From positions 448,001-512,000 of the forward strand of contig CAVUQH010000003.1 in the NCBI GenBank assembly GCA_963743525.1: a stretch of 64,000 nt of DNA, in the 5' to 3' direction. Below are positions 8,772 to 22,320 of this stretch, piece by piece. Position 1 is the first letter of the stretch. Each line of letters starts with the position of its first letter. Under the pieces are notes generated by a model. It had not been told where the DNA came from, ran no database searches, and saw nothing but the letters and a program-made list of their open reading frames with translations. This DNA comes from an uncultured delta proteobacterium. Its GTDB lineage: Bacteria; Myxococcota_A; Polyangia; Haliangiales; Haliangiaceae. The position numbers were made by a program, and so were the translations under genes.

Positions 8772-10088
8772 GTGCGCGCGCGCGGAGTCATCTCGCACAT
8801 GGCGTCGTTCCTGGCCGGCGCCGTCCTGGCCACGGCGGTGGTGGCGCACGCCGTGCCGTCGCGCAGCCGCACCGCGCCGCGCGATCGCTACCGAACCCTC
8901 GACGCCTTCGCCGAGTCGCTGTCGTACATCCTCAACCAGTACGTGCAGCCGCTCGACGAGCGCAAGCTGGTCTACGCCGCCATCCAGGGGATGGTCGACC
9001 AGCTCGACCAGCACTCGTCGTTCCTGCCGCCGCGCCGCTACGAGCGCCTGCGCCAGGACACCGAGGGCGAGTTCGCCGGCGTCGGCCTCACCCTCGGCGC
9101 CAATCAGAAGGACGGCGGGCCGCCGGTGGTCGAGGCGGTGGTCGGCGGCTCACCCGCGGCCCGGGCCAGGGTGGCCATCGGCGACGAGGTGTTGTCGATC
9201 AATCGACGGACCACCACGCCGGCGGGCAAGGAGGTCGGGCCCAAGACCTGGCACTCGCGTCTGCGCGGCCGCGCCGGCACCCGCGTCGCCATCTCCGTGC
9301 GTCATCCCGGCGCCGCCGCTCGCGACCTGACCCTGGTGCGCGAGCTGGTCAAGGTGCCGACCGTGGACTGGTTCTTCCTCGAGCCGGGCGTTGGCTATGT
9401 CTCGGTGTCCAAGTTCCAGGAGGCGACCTCGGCCGATGCCCGCGCGGCGCTGACGGCCATGGTCGCCCGGTCGCCGGCCAAGCGGCTGCGCGGGTTGGTG
9501 CTGGACCTGCGCGGCAACCCGGGCGGGCTCCTCGATCAGGGCATCCACACCGCCGACCTGTTCCTCGACCACGGAACCATTGTTACGGTTGGCGGTCGGC
9601 CCGGGACTCCGGTCGAGCGCGAGCTGGCCCACTCGGCGGGCACCTTTGGCGGCTTTCCGATGGTGGCACTCGTCAACCAGGGAACCGCCTCGGCGGCCGA
9701 GATCGTGGCCGGCGCGCTCAAGGATCAGAAGAGGGCATCGATCGTCGGCCTGCCCAGCTTCGGCAAGGGGTCGGTGCAGACCTTCCTCGACCTGCGCGAC
9801 GGCAGCGGCCTCAAGCTGACCACCGCCCACTACTACACCCCGTCCGGCAGATCGCTCGAAGGTGTTGGAATCAAACCAGATTTAGAGGTCGAGGCGTTCG
9901 AGGCCGAGGACGTGATGGCGTCCGGCGGCGACGAGAGCGAGGCCGAGGGGGACGAGCCACCGCCCCCGCCCCAGCGGTCCGGGCCGGGCAGCTGGACCAG
10001 GGCGATGATTCAGCACCGGATCGAGGAAGATCCCCAGCTTCGCGCTGCGTACCAAATGGTGAAGGCCCGTGCGGGGTCGAAGCATTGA
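8772..10088 (+). CDS. S41 carboxyl-terminal processing protease with PDZ domain
   Basis: GEFAGVGL (PDZ), LDLRGNPGG, catalytic TASAAE and SFGKGSVQ, YYTPSGRS. Start is an estimate. Confidence 0.92.
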   Translation: MRARGVISHMASFLAGAVLATAVVAHAVPSRSRTAPRDRYRTLDAFAESLSYILNQYVQPLDERKLVYAAIQGMVDQLDQHSSFLPPRRYERLRQDTEGEFAGVGLTLGANQKDGGPPVVEAVVGGSPAARARVAIGDEVLSINRRTTTPAGKEVGPKTWHSRLRGRAGTRVAISVRHPGAAARDLTLVRELVKVPTVDWFFLEPGVGYVSVSKFQEATSADARAALTAMVARSPAKRLRGLVLDLRGNPGGLLDQGIHTADLFLDHGTIVTVGGRPGTPVERELAHSAGTFGGFPMVALVNQGTASAAEIVAGALKDQKRASIVGLPSFGKGSVQTFLDLRDGSGLKLTTAHYYTPSGRSLEGVGIKPDLEVEAFEAEDVMASGGDESEAEGDEPPPPPQRSGPGSWTRAMIQHRIEEDPQLRAAYQMVKARAGSKH

Positions 10089-10214
10089 CAGCCGCCACGG
10101 AGCCCGCCGCGTGTGGCTGAACACGGCCCAAGGGTTTGAGATGATTATGCTGCGTGGTAGCATTTCGATCCCGGCAGTGACGACTCGGCGGTCCCTGGAG
10201 CACGGCGCGGAACC

Positions 10215-12117
10215 ATGAACAAGCTGGTCATCCAAGACGACGAAGGCAAAACCACCGTCGTACCGCTGATTCGCGACGAGATCACGATCGGTCGCAAAGA
10301 AGGCAACACCATCCGCCTAACCGAGCGGAACGTGTCGCGGCGGCACGCGCGCATCCTGCGCAACAACGGCGCCATCGCCATCGAGGATCTCAACAGCTAC
10401 AACGGCGTGCGGGTCAACGGCACCCGCATCCAGGGTCGCTGCCAGCTCAGCGTCGCCGATCGAGTGCAGATCGGCGATTACCTGATCGAGCTCAAGAGTG
10501 ACGAGGCCGAGGCCGGCGCCGGCACCGACGCGTACGGCGAGCAGCGGACCCAGCCGATCGAGCGGATCGATCCGATGGCCGCCACGCCGACACCGCAGCA
10601 GGCCCCGGTGCCCGGGCAGCCGACCGCGGTGGTCGACGTCAACCGGATCCAGGGACAGCCCGCGCCGCAGTCGTTCGGCGACACCGCGCCGACCCAGCCG
10701 GTCGCCGCCCCCGACACCGGACGTCCCGGCCGGATGGTCATTCTGTTCGACCAACTTCGCCGGCCAGGACTACGAGCTGAACAAGCCGGCGGTGGTCATC
10801 GGCCGCACCGACGACAACGACATCGTCGTCAACCACCGATCCATCTCGCGCCACCACGCCAAGATCGTGCAGGAGAATGGCCGCTACGCCATCGTCGATC
10901 TGCAGTCGTCCAACGGCGTGCGGGTCAACGGCGAGGAGTACGGCAAGGTCGAGCTGCGTCGCGGCGACGTGGTCGACCTCGGTCACGTGCGCATGCGCTT
11001 CGTCGAGCCGGGCGAGGATTTCGTCTTCGGCCGCGACGCCCATCCGGTCGATATCTCCGGCGGTGGTGGCAAGGGGCTGATCGTCGCGCTGCTGATCGTG
11101 CTGGTCATCGGCGGTGGTATCGGTGTCTTCGCGCTGACTCGCGGCGGTGGTGAGGAGGTCGCCACCTCGAATGCCCAGCCGCAGGCGACCCAGATCGATC
11201 AGGGTTCCAACGCCGCCGCCGATCCGGACAAGGGCGCGACCCCGGCCGCGGACACCAACCCGGCGCCGGCGCCGGCCGCCGACGATCCGGCCGCCAAGCT
11301 GCTCGGCGAGGCCCGCCAGGCGATCGAGGCCGAGCACTGGAAGGAAGCCAAGGGACTGGCCGAGCAGGCGCTGGCCGCCGACTCGGAGAACGCCGAGGCC
11401 CAGGACGTCATCGATCAAGCCACGCGAGAGATCGACAACCAGGTCATTTACAACCAGTTCAAGAAGGCGGTCGCGGCCAAGAGCTACGCCAAGATCGCCA
11501 AGCTGTTCGAGCAGATCGACCCGACCTCGGTCTACAAAGAGCAGGCGCGGGACGACCACGACGCCGCCCACGACGAGTACAAGAACGACATGGTGGCCAA
11601 GGCCGAGGCCGAGGCGGCCCGGGGCAGCTGCCGCAAGATCTCCCAGCTGGCGGCTCAGGCGGCCAAGGTCTGGCCCGACGTCGGCGAGGCCGTGACCGCG
11701 GTCGGCGACAAGTGCGCCGCGACCGTGGCGGCCAAGAGCGCCAGCCACCGGTCGACCAGCCGGTCGACGTCGCACAGCACCAAGTCTCACTCGACGACCT
11801 CGAATTCGTCGTCCAGCTCGTCGACCAGCTCCAGCTCGTCGGCGGCCAGCTCGGGCAAGAGCTACGATCAGCTGATCAACGACGCCCGCCAGGCGGCCAA
11901 GACCGGCCAGTGGGGCAAGGCGATCCGCCAGTGCGAGGCCGCTCTGGCGGTCAAGCACGGCGATCAGGAGGCGGCCATGGTCTGCGCGCTGGCCGCCTGC
12001 AACATCAAGAACGCCTCCAAGGCCAAGAAGTACATGGGTCAGCTCCGCAGCCCCAGTCGCAAGGGGATGGCGCGGCAGATCTGCCTCAAGAACGGCGTCA
12101 ACATCCCGATCAACTGA
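10215..12117 (+). CDS. Double-FHA domain membrane protein with periplasmic helical/TPR-like region; probable 1-nt insertion at ~10746
   Basis: FHA1 (IGR...VSRRHA...SYNG) and FHA2 (IGR...ISRHHA...SSNG) are in different frames and join if GTTCGAC (10745-10751) is read as GTCGAC. TM GLIVALLIVLVIGGGIGVF and a Ser-rich linker follow. Confidence 0.85.
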
Positions 12118-12266
12118 GCTCCCCTCCGCGCCGTGATCAGGACCCTGGGCGGGCCCCCTTAGCCGTCCAAAGACTGGTTTTTCGGCGGTTTTTGTAGTAT
12201 CTGGGCAAAGATGCATTCGGGGAGGGACGCGCCGTCGTCACCCCGTGGCCAGATCTCGGAGGGGTG

Positions 12267-14156
<1,890 letters not shown>

Positions 14157-14168
14157 CACCGGGAAGCA

Positions 14169-14378
14169 ATGCGCTTCCCCCTCACGGACCAGTTGCTGAG
14201 CGAGGCCGACGAGTTCGGCCTGCGCTCGGCCTGCGTCCACTGCTTCTTCTACGTCGGCGACCGCTGTGCGCTGGAGTGGCCGATGGGCGACCAGCGCCGG
14301 TGGCCGCTGGATGCTGCGGACGAGGGCGGCAGGCGACCTGATGAGGTAGCCTTCTGCAAGGAGTTCGAGCTGGCCTGA
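14169..14378 (+). CDS. Small four-Cys hypothetical protein
   Basis: CVHC...C...FCKEFELA. TGATG overlap with the next gene. Confidence 0.65.
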   Translation: MRFPLTDQLLSEADEFGLRSACVHCFFYVGDRCALEWPMGDQRRWPLDAADEGGRRPDEVAFCKEFELA

Positions 14379-14628
14379 TGATTCGCTTCATCGTCACCGC
14401 GGCCCTGGTCGCCATCTTCATCTGGTTCGGTGCCACCGTGAACCTGGGCCGGCGGACCCTGTTCGGCCACATCCGCAACATCTGGTCGAGCGAGCAGGCG
14501 CAGGAGCTGCGCGAGGACGTGAAGACCAAGACCGGCCCGGCGCTGGAAGAGGCCAAGGACCGGGCCAAGGCCGGCTGGCATGCGATGCAGAAGCCGCCGC
14601 TGGACGCCGGCGTGGCGGATGCTGCGCC

Positions 14629-14632
<4 letters not shown>
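14378..14632 (+). CDS. Small membrane-anchored hypothetical protein
   Basis: N-terminal hydrophobic helix. Stop/start overlaps on both sides. Confidence 0.65.
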
Positions 14633-15531
<899 letters not shown>

Positions 15532-15632
15532 TTCCGGCGGCTTGGGGACGGCGCCGCCAGCGGATGGCGCCTGAATATTCGAGGGTTTGCAATCGTCCGT
15601 ATCTCGTGCTGGCATCCGCCAGGAGGAAATCG

Positions 15633-16841
15633 ATGCGCGCATGGGCCAAGGTGGGGGTGATCGCGGCCGTTCTGGCGGCGGTGCCGCAGGTCGCTTCAGC
15701 GGGAAAATGGAAGGCGCTGATCGGCGCCAAGAAGGTGACGACGGTGAAGCCGGAGCACGGCTTCGTCAACGATCCAATGGCGTTCGATGAAGCCGGCGGT
15801 CGCCTGGTCTACGTCGCCTCCAGCATGTCCGGCCACTCGGAGCTGCGGGTGATCGACCTGGCGCAAAAGGGCGCACAGCTGTCGTCGATCGACATCACCA
15901 GCTTCACCACTGTGCCGGCCGAGGTTCACTTCGTGCTCGACGGCGAGCGGTTCTTCGTCGTCGCCCCCGACCCCGACAAGAAGTCTGGCGATCTGAAGAT
16001 CGGTGCGCTGGTGGGTGCCAAGGGCATCGTCCGCAAGTTCGGACCGGCCAAAGACCTGCGCCTCACCACCTTCCAGGGCAAGCAGGCGGTGGTCTCGTAC
16101 GCCCAGGAGTGGAAGCACGGCAAGAAGGGACCCGAGGTCTCTCACACCGTCAGCATCGACGACCTGGCCACCGGCAAGCGCCTGGCCAAGCCGCGCACGC
16201 TGGTCGCCGACGAGACCGGCAAGGTGGCCAAGCTCGACTTCACCATCTCCTACTGGACCGACGACTACACCCGCGTCGTCGGCGTCAAGGGCGGCGCCTG
16301 GGATCGCAAAGAAGACCAGCGCACGCCGGATCAGGAGGCCTGGTACGAGGTCGCCACCGGCACCTTCACCCGCACCTTCCCGATCAAGGACGTCATCGGT
16401 CACCGCAAGCTGCAGAAGCTCCTGGCGGCCCACGACAACCAGCCGATCTTCGTCAACGTCGCCCACGATCTGTCGGGCGTCCTCTACTACGACCACGGCA
16501 CCCCGCGGCCGATCGGCCTCACCGAGACCTTCAGCCACTACGAACCCAAGTCGCTGATGATGCAGCCGGTTTCGCCCGACGGCACCGTCTTCTTCACCCT
16601 GACCATCGATCCGGTCAACCCCGACGCGGTCGCTCGTCGCCGCGCGGTTGCGCGCTACCTCGACCTGTACGAGCTGGCGCCCGGCGCCAAGAAAGCCCGG
16701 CGCCGCGCCCGCATCCTCCTTCGCGACAAGCGCGGGCTGCAGTGGCGCGCCACTCCCGACACCTGGGTCGTGGTGCCCAAGCACATCGGCTTCGATCGCG
16801 GCGGCAAGGCGATCGACCTCTACAGCCTCACCAGCAAGTAG
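15633..16841 (+). CDS. Secreted hypothetical protein, beta-rich
   Basis: AGGAGG SD, signal peptide ending ASA, strong GC3 codon bias. Confidence 0.7.
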   Translation: MRAWAKVGVIAAVLAAVPQVASAGKWKALIGAKKVTTVKPEHGFVNDPMAFDEAGGRLVYVASSMSGHSELRVIDLAQKGAQLSSIDITSFTTVPAEVHFVLDGERFFVVAPDPDKKSGDLKIGALVGAKGIVRKFGPAKDLRLTTFQGKQAVVSYAQEWKHGKKGPEVSHTVSIDDLATGKRLAKPRTLVADETGKVAKLDFTISYWTDDYTRVVGVKGGAWDRKEDQRTPDQEAWYEVATGTFTRTFPIKDVIGHRKLQKLLAAHDNQPIFVNVAHDLSGVLYYDHGTPRPIGLTETFSHYEPKSLMMQPVSPDGTVFFTLTIDPVNPDAVARRRAVARYLDLYELAPGAKKARRRARILLRDKRGLQWRATPDTWVVVPKHIGFDRGGKAIDLYSLTSK

Positions 16842-16902
16842 TCGCGGCGAAGCGGAGCTCCGCTTGCCGACGCCCGGGCCAGGTGGCAGGCTCGACGGCA
16901 TC

Positions 16903-17532
16903 ATGGCCCGCCACGACTGGAACCAGCGCTACGCCGACGACGACCTGCCGTGGGACACCGGCTTCCCCGAGCCGATCCTGGTGGAGGCGGTCCAGGCCAA
17001 GACGCTCCTCCCGGGTCGCGCGCTCGAGGTCGGCTGCGGCACCGGCACCAATTCCCGCTGGCTGGCGGAGCAGGGCTTCGACGTCCTCGGCGTCGACCTG
17101 TCGCCACTGGCCATCGAGCGCGCCCGCGGTGGCACGCTGGCTGCCGGGGCCGCTCCGTGCCGCTTCGAAGTGGCGGACTTCCTCGCCGCCGAGCTCGCCG
17201 CCGGCCCGTTCGACGTCGTCTTCGACCGCGGCTGCTTCCACACCTTCGACGACGACGACGTGCGCGCCCGCTTCGCCAGCCACGTGGCTCGGGTGCTGGC
17301 GCCGTCGGGCGTTTGGCTCAGCTTGATCGGCAGCACCGAGGGGGCACCGCGCGACGTCGGCCCGCCTCGCCGCACCGCGCGCGAGGTCATCGCCGCCATC
17401 GAGCCGGTGCTCGAGCTGGTCGCGCTGGAGTCGGTCGCCTTCCATCGCCACGGCGACGTCGTGCCCAGGGCCTGGCGCTGCCTGGCCCGCCGCCGCGAGC
17501 TGCCGGCTCAGCCGTCCACCCGCCGCGACTGA
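16903..17532 (+). CDS. Class I SAM-dependent methyltransferase (TPMT-like)
   Basis: WNQRY...LPWD, ALEVGCGTG, FDVVFDRGCFH. Confidence 0.85.
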   Translation: MARHDWNQRYADDDLPWDTGFPEPILVEAVQAKTLLPGRALEVGCGTGTNSRWLAEQGFDVLGVDLSPLAIERARGGTLAAGAAPCRFEVADFLAAELAAGPFDVVFDRGCFHTFDDDDVRARFASHVARVLAPSGVWLSLIGSTEGAPRDVGPPRRTAREVIAAIEPVLELVALESVAFHRHGDVVPRAWRCLARRRELPAQPSTRRD

Positions 17533-17551
17533 GCGGCGGACGCCGTGCTCG

Positions 17552-18991
17552 CTAGGCCGGGCCGGCGGCGACGAGATCGAGCAGCAGCCGGCCGTACTCC
17601 TCCAGCGACGTCGAGTTGAGGAAGCGCTCGCGGACCGCCTGCCGGGCGGCCTCGCCGAGCCCGCGAGCCAGCGCCTGGTCGCCGAGGACGCGCAACAGCG
17701 CGGCCGCCAGCGCGGCGGTGTCGGTGGGATCGTCGATGAGCAGGCCGGTCCGCTCGTGCTCGATCTGATCCTGGATGCCGCCGACGCGGCTGGCCACCAC
17801 CGGCCGCGCCTTCCACATCGCCTCGGCGACCGTCAGGCCGAAGCCTTCGCGCAGGCTCTTCTGCACCACGACCGTCGCGTGTCGCTGCAGGGCGTTGACG
17901 ATGGCGGCGTTCTCCTCGACGTCGGCCATCGGCAGGTTGACCAGGTGGACATGGTGCCGCACCGAGTGGGGCAGCTCGCGCCAGGCGGCGACAATCTCGT
18001 CATAGACGGTCACACCTTCGGGATCGTCGGCGACCGCGTTGACGTTGGGACCGGCGAGCACCAGGTGCGCGGCCTCCGGTGCGTGCTCGAGCAGCGCGGC
18101 GAACCCGCGCAGCACGCCGGCGTGATCCTTGAGCCGGTCCCAACGCGAGATCTGCACGACCAGGGGGGTGTCAACATGAGGCGCGGGGCCCAGCCGCTGA
18201 ATATCGGCGCGCCGGTCAACGCGGCTCTTGACGCCGTCCTCCCGGGTGAAGCAGCACAGCGGGTCGTCGGCGTGGCCATCCACGATCCCGACGTGGGTGA
18301 GGATGGCGGTCGCCGCGGCTGCGGTCATCTCCTGGTTCTTGGGCGACAGCGGATCGATGGTCGGCTGAATCACTCGGGTGGGGATGCCGATCCCCTCGGG
18401 GATGTACTGCTGGCGGGTGAAGACGGCCATCTCCGCCTGGCTCGCGTGCGGTAGCAGGAACCCCCAGCCCGCCGCGGTTTCGTCGTTGTGCGTCTCGGTC
18501 CCGATGTGGCTGCGCCAGACCACGCGCGCGCCGTGTTGCCGCAGCAGCCGAATGCTGCCCGCGGTCTGCGGGTCGTGCAGGATGGCGACGTCGCCGGGGC
18601 GGACCAGGGCGGTGAGCGCGGCGGCGTTGCGCTCGCACTGCTCGCTGTAGATCGCTCGCTCGGCCTCGCCCAGGGGCGAGCCGTCGCCGGCCGCGCCGTG
18701 CAGGGCGTTGTGCAGCCGCTTCGTGACCGCGAAGAAGTCGGGCGAGCCGGGCACCACCGCCCACCGGCAGTCCACGCCCGCGCCGCGGGCGTAGCCGACG
18801 ATCGAGCGCAGCATCTCCGCGACCCCGCCGCCGCGTTCGGTGGAGTTGACGTTCCACACCGCCGCTCCCGGCATCTGCCGCTCGACGACCTGGGCCAGCG
18901 CGTGCAGCCGAGAGACCCGCTCGGCCCCGATCACCGGCGCCAGCGAGTCGAGGGACCGCGCACCGACGTGCACCTCTCGGATGGCCGACAT
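17552..18991 (-). CDS. treT: GT4 glycosyltransferase, trehalose synthase TreT-like
   Basis: VNSTERGGGVAEML, TKRLHNALHG, HDPQ, QISRWDRLKD, QKSLREGFGLTVAEAMWK. Confidence 0.85.
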   Translation of the reverse strand: MSAIREVHVGARSLDSLAPVIGAERVSRLHALAQVVERQMPGAAVWNVNSTERGGGVAEMLRSIVGYARGAGVDCRWAVVPGSPDFFAVTKRLHNALHGAAGDGSPLGEAERAIYSEQCERNAAALTALVRPGDVAILHDPQTAGSIRLLRQHGARVVWRSHIGTETHNDETAAGWGFLLPHASQAEMAVFTRQQYIPEGIGIPTRVIQPTIDPLSPKNQEMTAAAATAILTHVGIVDGHADDPLCCFTREDGVKSRVDRRADIQRLGPAPHVDTPLVVQISRWDRLKDHAGVLRGFAALLEHAPEAAHLVLAGPNVNAVADDPEGVTVYDEIVAAWRELPHSVRHHVHLVNLPMADVEENAAIVNALQRHATVVVQKSLREGFGLTVAEAMWKARPVVASRVGGIQDQIEHERTGLLIDDPTDTAALAAALLRVLGDQALARGLGEAARQAVRERFLNSTSLEEYGRLLLDLVAAGPA

Positions 18992-19047
18992 CGCACACAG
19001 TGTACCTCCGAGAGTCGCCCTTGACCCGGCTGCGCTACGCTTCGCGC

Positions 19048-20142
19048 ATGCCCCAAGCACTCCGCGAATTGATCGACGAGTTTTCTGGCTTCGGCTGGGC
19101 TGACTACGCCTGGTCGCTGGGATTGGTCGCGGCTGCAGCGCTCCTGGGCGCGATCGCGTCGGCGCTGCTGCTGCGTGCCCTCACCCGCTGGTCGCGGCGA
19201 ACCGACACCAAGCTGGACGACGCCGTGGCCAAATACGTGCCCGGACCGCTGCGCTGGCTGATGCCACTGCTCGGCGCGCGCGCGGTGTTGCCCGTCACCC
19301 ACCTGCCGCCGGGTACCGCCGGCTTCCTCGAGCACGCCACCCTCATCGGCGTGATCGGCTGCGCCGGCTGGCTGGCGATGCGCTTCGTCCTGGTCGTGCA
19401 GGACGTGGTCGTCGCCCGCTACGACATCAACAGCACCGACAACCTCAAGGCCCGCGAGGTGGTCACGCAGATGCGCGGGTTCCGCAACCTGGCCCACTTC
19501 ACCCTGCTCGTGCTCACCGTGGCGTTCGCCCTGCTGACGTTCGACGCGGTCAGGCAGTTCGGCGTCACCCTGCTGGCATCGGCCGGCATCGCCGGTGTGG
19601 TCGTCGGCTTCGCCGCGCAAAAGAGCATCGCCACGGTGATCGCGGGCATTCAGATCGCGCTGACCCAGCCGATCCGCGTCAACGACGTGGTCATCGTCGA
19701 GGGCGAGTGGGGCCGCATCGAGGAGATCCGCCTGACCTACGTGGTCGTGCGCATCTGGGATCTGCGCCGGCTGGTGGTGCCGATCACCCAGTTCATCGAG
19801 AAGCCGTTCCAGAACTGGACGCGCACGTCGGCCGACATCCTCGGCACCGTGTTCGTCTACGCCGACTACACCATCCCGGTGGACGAGGTTCGCGCCGAGC
19901 TGCAGCGCATCCTCGAAGATTCGAAGGACCTGTGGGACGGCAAGGTCAGCGGCCTGCAGGTCACCGACACCACCGACCGTCACGTCGAGCTGCGCGCGCT
20001 GATGAGCGCAGCAGACTCGAGCAAGGCGTGGGATCTTCGCTGCCGCGTGCGCGAGCGGCTGGTCACCTGGATCCAGAAGAACCATCCGGCGTCGCTGCCG
20101 CGCTTCCGCGCCGAGCTGGATCGCGAGCTCGAGGCCGCCTGA
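19048..20142 (+). CDS. MscS-family mechanosensitive channel
   Basis: SAGIAGVVVGFAAQ, QPIRV[N]DVVIVEGEWGRIEEI, PFQNW. Confidence 0.9.
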   Translation: MPQALRELIDEFSGFGWADYAWSLGLVAAAALLGAIASALLLRALTRWSRRTDTKLDDAVAKYVPGPLRWLMPLLGARAVLPVTHLPPGTAGFLEHATLIGVIGCAGWLAMRFVLVVQDVVVARYDINSTDNLKAREVVTQMRGFRNLAHFTLLVLTVAFALLTFDAVRQFGVTLLASAGIAGVVVGFAAQKSIATVIAGIQIALTQPIRVNDVVIVEGEWGRIEEIRLTYVVVRIWDLRRLVVPITQFIEKPFQNWTRTSADILGTVFVYADYTIPVDEVRAELQRILEDSKDLWDGKVSGLQVTDTTDRHVELRALMSAADSSKAWDLRCRVRERLVTWIQKNHPASLPRFRAELDRELEAA

Positions 20143-20148
20143 GACCAG

Positions 20149-20616
20149 CTAGCTGGTCTTGACGCCGACGGTCTCGCCGGCGACTCGCGCGCCCTGCTCC
20201 AGGCACAACATGCGCACCCTGCCGGTGGCCACCGCGCGTCCCTGTTCGTTGGTGATCGACACCGACCAGACCTGGCTGCGGCGCCCGCGAGTCACCGGCG
20301 TGGCCACCGCGCGCAGCCGGCCTTCCCGCACCGCGTGAAGGAACGAGGTGTTGTTCTCCAGCCCGACCGCGTGATAGCCGAGGGGCATGGCGTTGAGCGC
20401 GGCGCCGGTGCTGGCCAGGGTCTCGACGATGGTGCAGTAGACGCCGCCGTGGACGATGCCGTACGGCTGCTGCAACTTCGCAGTGACCGGAATCTCGGCG
20501 ACAATCTCGTCGTAGCGAATGCTGACGAACTCGAGGCCGATGGTCTCGTTGAAGCCGCCGCGGCGGGCGTTGATCGACTCGACGATGTCGTCTGGCAGCG
20601 GCGGGAGCTCGGACAT
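20149..20616 (-). CDS. PaaI-family hotdog thioesterase
   Basis: QPYGIVHGGVYCTIVETLAS, VGLENNTSFL, GRRSQVW. Confidence 0.9.
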   Translation of the reverse strand: MSELPPLPDDIVESINARRGGFNETIGLEFVSIRYDEIVAEIPVTAKLQQPYGIVHGGVYCTIVETLASTGAALNAMPLGYHAVGLENNTSFLHAVREGRLRAVATPVTRGRRSQVWSVSITNEQGRAVATGRVRMLCLEQGARVAGETVGVKTS

Positions 20617-20644
20617 GCCGCCAGTATACGGCGGCAACCGCTGC

Positions 20645-20965
20645 TCAGTCGGCGGCTTGCCAGGCCGCGGCGCGTTCGACCCAGGTGGCGATCTGCTCGT
20701 CGGTCATCGATGACAGCTCTTCGGCCCCGTGCGCGGCGATGAAGAAGTCGCCGCGGATGAGGGCGTGGCCGCCGGTGATCGGCAGGTAGCGGTTGGGTGC
20801 GCCGCCGATGTCGTCTTCGACCTTGCAGATGAGCGCGACGGTCTTGCCCAACGCGACCTTTTCCAGCGCGCCGCCGACGAACTGCTGCAGCGCTTCGATG
20901 CTGTTGCGCAGCTGCGCGGTTTCCGGACGCTTCCCAACCCGACAGGCGATGACGCGGATCTCCAC
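20645..20965 (-). CDS. DUF3846-like small protein
   Basis: IEALQQFVGGALE...ALIC...PNR...IRGDFFI...SMTDEQI pattern. GTG lies 7 nt after TAGAAT. Confidence 0.6.
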   Translation of the reverse strand: MEIRVIACRVGKRPETAQLRNSIEALQQFVGGALEKVALGKTVALICKVEDDIGGAPNRYLPITGGHALIRGDFFIAAHGAEELSSMTDEQIATWVERAAAWQAAD

Positions 20966-20975
20966 GGACACGATT

Positions 20976-21629
20976 CTACAACAGCCCGGGCTTCTCGGCG
21001 ACGATGGCCCAGGACAGCTCGGAGAATCGGCGGTGGCGGGTGGCGAAGCCCAGCGCCTCCAGCGCGGCTTCGGCTTCGTCAACGTACCAGAAGAACTCGT
21101 CGCCGATGGCGTCGACCAGGGCTTGCTTCCCGGCCCGGGCATGGGCGTCGCAGATCGCCTGCCCGGCCGCCCGGCTGGCGAACATCAGGTCGCCCATCGC
21201 GGCCACGCCGCCCGGCCGCAGATGGTCGTAAATGCCGCGAAACAGCAATGGTTTTTCGTCATCCGTGAGGTGGTGGATGGCGTAGGTGCTGGCCACGGCG
21301 TCGGCCGCCGGCAGCCGGTCGACGCAGTCGAGCAGGTCGGCGCGGACGAACTGGCAGGGCAGGCCGTCCAGCTTGGTCCGCGCGATCGCGGTCATCTCCT
21401 CGGAGACATCGACGCACACGAGCCGGGCTGGATCGCGGATGCGCCGGGCCAGGTTGCCGGTGCCACTCCCGAGGTCGACGACCACCGAGCCGGGCGGGAT
21501 TTGCGCGGCCACCCAGGTGAGCAGCGCGTCGTAGCCGGCGCGGATCGGGTTGGACTCACGGGCGACGTCGCGGTCGTAGCCGGCGGCGTCAGGGTCGTGG
21601 TTGAAGCGGTCAACGTGCTTGCTCGACAT
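20976..21629 (-). CDS. Class I SAM-dependent methyltransferase
   Basis: VVDLGSGTGNL, VDVSEEM, STYAIHHL, LRPGG. Confidence 0.85.
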   Translation of the reverse strand: MSSKHVDRFNHDPDAAGYDRDVARESNPIRAGYDALLTWVAAQIPPGSVVVDLGSGTGNLARRIRDPARLVCVDVSEEMTAIARTKLDGLPCQFVRADLLDCVDRLPAADAVASTYAIHHLTDDEKPLLFRGIYDHLRPGGVAAMGDLMFASRAAGQAICDAHARAGKQALVDAIGDEFFWYVDEAEAALEALGFATRHRRFSELSWAIVAEKPGLL

Positions 21630-21630
21630 G

Positions 21631-22221
21631 TCACACCTGGGTGGCCCACGGCGGGCCTTCGTTGCGCACGATGGCCTCGAGCGCCTGTTTCGGGCAGACG
21701 TACTCGTGGAGGAACTCCTCGAGTGAAGCGGCCAGGCCGCGCAAGACCTTTTCGGTTCCCGGGTCGGTGACGGTGTCGCCATCGAACGCGCTGCGCACCC
21801 CGGCGATCGACACCGACATCGGCAGCGCCAGGGCGCCGACGTGGGCGCAAACGCCGCGCAGCTGCTCGAGCGACTTGATCGCGCCGATGCGACCGGCCGC
21901 GACGCCGAGCAGCGCGACCGGCTTGCCGCGCAACACCGAGGGGAAGCCCAGGTTCTCGATGATGAGCTTGGTCATGGCGGCGAACGAGCCGTGATACTCC
22001 GGGCTGGCCAGGACGATGGCTGCCGCCGCCTCGACGGACTCGATCAGCTTTGCCGCATCCGGCGTCTGCTCGTGACCGGGGAAGCCCAGTGTCAGCTCGC
22101 GGGCGTTAACCAGCTGTACCTGGTGTTTGCGCGAACGCAGCTCGTCGATGACGACGGCGAGGGCTCGCGCCGTGTAGTTGTCCGGTCGGCTGGTTCCGCT
22201 GATCGCGACGATGTTCGGCAT
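21631..22221 (-). CDS. NADPH-dependent FMN reductase
   Basis: ISGTSR, SPEYHGS, GKPVALLG. Confidence 0.9.
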   Translation of the reverse strand: MPNIVAISGTSRPDNYTARALAVVIDELRSRKHQVQLVNARELTLGFPGHEQTPDAAKLIESVEAAAAIVLASPEYHGSFAAMTKLIIENLGFPSVLRGKPVALLGVAAGRIGAIKSLEQLRGVCAHVGALALPMSVSIAGVRSAFDGDTVTDPGTEKVLRGLAASLEEFLHEYVCPKQALEAIVRNEGPPWATQV

Positions 22222-22320
22222 GGGCGGAGTCTACCAACGTCGCTTCGTGGATGCGTCGCATCGAGGCGATCGATGCCGAGATCCGGCGCCAGACGCCGCG
22301 GCGAGGCGTATGCTCCGCGC

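Noticed and set aside
11740..11860. Ser/Thr-rich low-complexity tract as a repeat element
   Set aside because: It is an in-frame flexible linker of the FHA protein.
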